From an uncultured delta proteobacterium (GTDB lineage: Bacteria > Myxococcota > Myxococcia > Myxococcales > Anaeromyxobacteraceae): 64,000 bases of DNA. Under the pieces are notes generated by a model that ran no database searches, had not been told where the DNA came from, and was given only the letters and a program-made list of their open reading frames with translations. Positions 62,318-64,000 of this stretch are shown piece by piece. The translations under genes were made by a program, and so were the position numbers. How positions within the stretch are numbered: the stretch's first letter is position 1; each line of letters begins with the position of its first letter. Location: NCBI GenBank assembly GCA_963845515.1, contig CAWJSR010000045.1:96001-160000 (forward strand), in the 5' to 3' direction.

Positions 62318-62526
62318 GCTCACCTCCCGCCTGCGGGCGCTACGCTCGCACGCGCGGCGCGGAGGCGGCAAGCTCAGCGACCGTATCGCGCACCGTGCGT
62401 CCATCCGGCCGCAGACGGTTACTCTCCTGCCAGCGGACCGGGGCCGTGTATCTTGCTCTGAAGGCCGGTGCCACGACGGCGGCGGCGACTCAGGGTGGTT
62501 GTCCGGTTCCAGTCTCCGGGGGCTTC

Positions 62527-63165
62527 ATGGCGAAGCGCAGCTACGCGCTCGAGCGCGGCGGACCGAAGGTGCTCGGGCTTCGCTGGGGCGGGGAGATGCG
62601 GGACTTCGAGGTCACGCTCGGCGCCGCTACGTGGAAGCTTGATCGCGCAGCGCTCGCGGCGGGAGCGACGCTCGCGCTCCCCGACGGCTCCTCCCTGCTC
62701 GTCAAAAAGCCCGACCGCGCCTGGTACATGCTGTTCGAGTCGCGCAACGCGCTGATCGTCGAGTGCGACGGCGTCCCCGTCCCCGGCAGCGACGGCGAGC
62801 CGCGCGTTCTCGGACGCCGCGTCGGGGGGCTCATCCTGCTCTTCGGACTGGCTCGGTCCGTCGGCCTCGCGGTGCTCGTCGCCCAGCCGGGCGTCCAGTC
62901 GCTCGCGCGGTCGTTCCTGGTGGTCGCGGCGGAGGGGGCGATCCTGGTCGCGCTCGGGATCCTCGCCGTGGCCGGCCGCCGCCTTCCGGTCGGCCTGGCC
63001 GCCGGGCTCATGTCAGTCGAGGTGCTCTTCACGCTCGTGTGGGGGGTTGCGCCGCATCCTCTCGGGGTCCTCTTCGAGATGCTCGTCATCGTGCACCTGG
63101 CCCGGGGGTGGAGCCGCATGAGGCCGCGGGAGAGGCGCCCCTCGCTCGCTCAGGTCTTCGATTAG
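62527..63165 (+). CDS. Hypothetical membrane protein
   Basis: Soluble N-terminal region plus about four TM helices; GC3-rich frame. Confidence 0.6.
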   Translation: MAKRSYALERGGPKVLGLRWGGEMRDFEVTLGAATWKLDRAALAAGATLALPDGSSLLVKKPDRAWYMLFESRNALIVECDGVPVPGSDGEPRVLGRRVGGLILLFGLARSVGLAVLVAQPGVQSLARSFLVVAAEGAILVALGILAVAGRRLPVGLAAGLMSVEVLFTLVWGVAPHPLGVLFEMLVIVHLARGWSRMRPRERRPSLAQVFD

Positions 63166-63168
63166 GAG

Positions 63169-64000
63169 TCAGTACCCGACGATCAGGGACGCCCCGGCGC
63201 CGCCCGGGAGCGGCATGGGCAGGAGGGCCGCCTGCAGCGATCGCGTGGCGGATCGCTCGCCGTTCTCGGGCCGCGAGGTGCGGTGCGCGACGACCCACTG
63301 TCCCACGTACCAGCCCATCGCGCCGCCCCAGATCAGGTCGGAGGCGTAGTGCTTGTGATCGATCGCGTGGAAGGTGACGAGCCCCCCGACGACGGCGTGC
63401 CCGGTGACCTGGAGCCAGACGGGCGGTTCGAAGTAGGCGAACCCGGCCGAGAGCAGGGAGTAGAGCGTCGCGGCGTGTCCCGACGGCGCGCCCGACGGAT
63501 ACTGCTTGAAGCCGACTCCGGGGCCGAAGACCCCCGGCTCCGTGCCGTCGCTTCGCGGCCCCTCGCGGCCGAGCAGGAGCTTGAGGCCGACGTGGTAGGC
63601 CTGTGCCACGGCGAGCGACTCGCCCATCAGCGACAGCCCCTGCGCGAGGCCGGTGCGTTCGGTCCGATCGGCCCACCACCAGGTGCCTAGCCCCCCCACG
63701 GCGAGGCTGCTCCAGAGCGTCGCCTGCATCGGCACGGTCCAGACCATCGGGAGGTGCGGGTCGAGCTCGCTGCGGAACCACCCGTCGAGGCGGGAGTCGG
63801 CCGAGCGCGGCGTGCGGACCATCAGCGAGGCGATGCCTCCCGACCAGAGCGCCAGCCGCGACCAGTCCGACCGGGTCCAGTCCCCGACGCCGGCGGGAAT
63901 GGCGACGATGTCGTAGAGCGCGCGAACTGGCGCGTCCATCCGGTCATAGCGGAACTCGTCGCCGTGGAAGGGGCCAGCATGCTCGACCGGGCCCGCCGCG
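63169..64000 (-). CDS. PAP2-family phosphatase (5' partial)
   Basis: K...GR..P, PSGHA, HYASD motifs; frame open to the window end. Confidence 0.8.
   Translation of the reverse strand, partial: AAGPVEHAGPFHGDEFRYDRMDAPVRALYDIVAIPAGVGDWTRSDWSRLALWSGGIASLMVRTPRSADSRLDGWFRSELDPHLPMVWTVPMQATLWSSLAVGGLGTWWWADRTERTGLAQGLSLMGESLAVAQAYHVGLKLLLGREGPRSDGTEPGVFGPGVGFKQYPSGAPSGHAATLYSLLSAGFAYFEPPVWLQVTGHAVVGGLVTFHAIDHKHYASDLIWGGAMGWYVGQWVVAHRTSRPENGERSATRSLQAALLPMPLPGGAGASLIVGY

Overview
This is a very GC-rich bacterial chromosomal segment. Gene content and order (plsY, ftsK, zinc-ribbon/TPR, gatCAB-mtnA, rplU-rpmA-obg, kdsB-pyrG-kdsA-kdsC-lpxL-lptCAB-rpoN-hpf-ptsN, PEGA proteins) point to Myxococcota, probably Anaeromyxobacter-like (inference). 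The first ~26.5 kb is housekeeping. The remainder is accessory-rich: a tusA-hdrA-mvhD/G-mvhA-protease [NiFe]-hydrogenase cluster lacking hdrBC; three type II toxin-antitoxin pairs with clear promoters and operators; and a coupled gene run of adaptor-like protein, PEGA/beta-barrel, ino1, CDP-alcohol phosphatidyltransferase, PimA-like glycosyltransferase and two acyltransferases, with an MMPL transporter nearby. That run looks like an acylated phosphatidylinositol-glycoside (PIM-like) pathway in an LPS-producing diderm and is my best candidate for an undescribed system. Other signals: a CCTCTCCC..GGGAGAGG palindromic repeat family translated in-frame inside hydrogenase genes; small cassettes bracketed by diverged duplicates of the upstream gene's 3' end; a KirBac homologue without a selectivity filter; a GcvH homologue without the lipoyl lysine; an antisense sigma54 site ahead of the rpoN operon. 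Several genes carry single-base frameshifts that are probably sequencing errors. I saw no tRNA, rRNA, CRISPR array, transposase or integrase. All assignments come from motif recognition by eye, not database searches.
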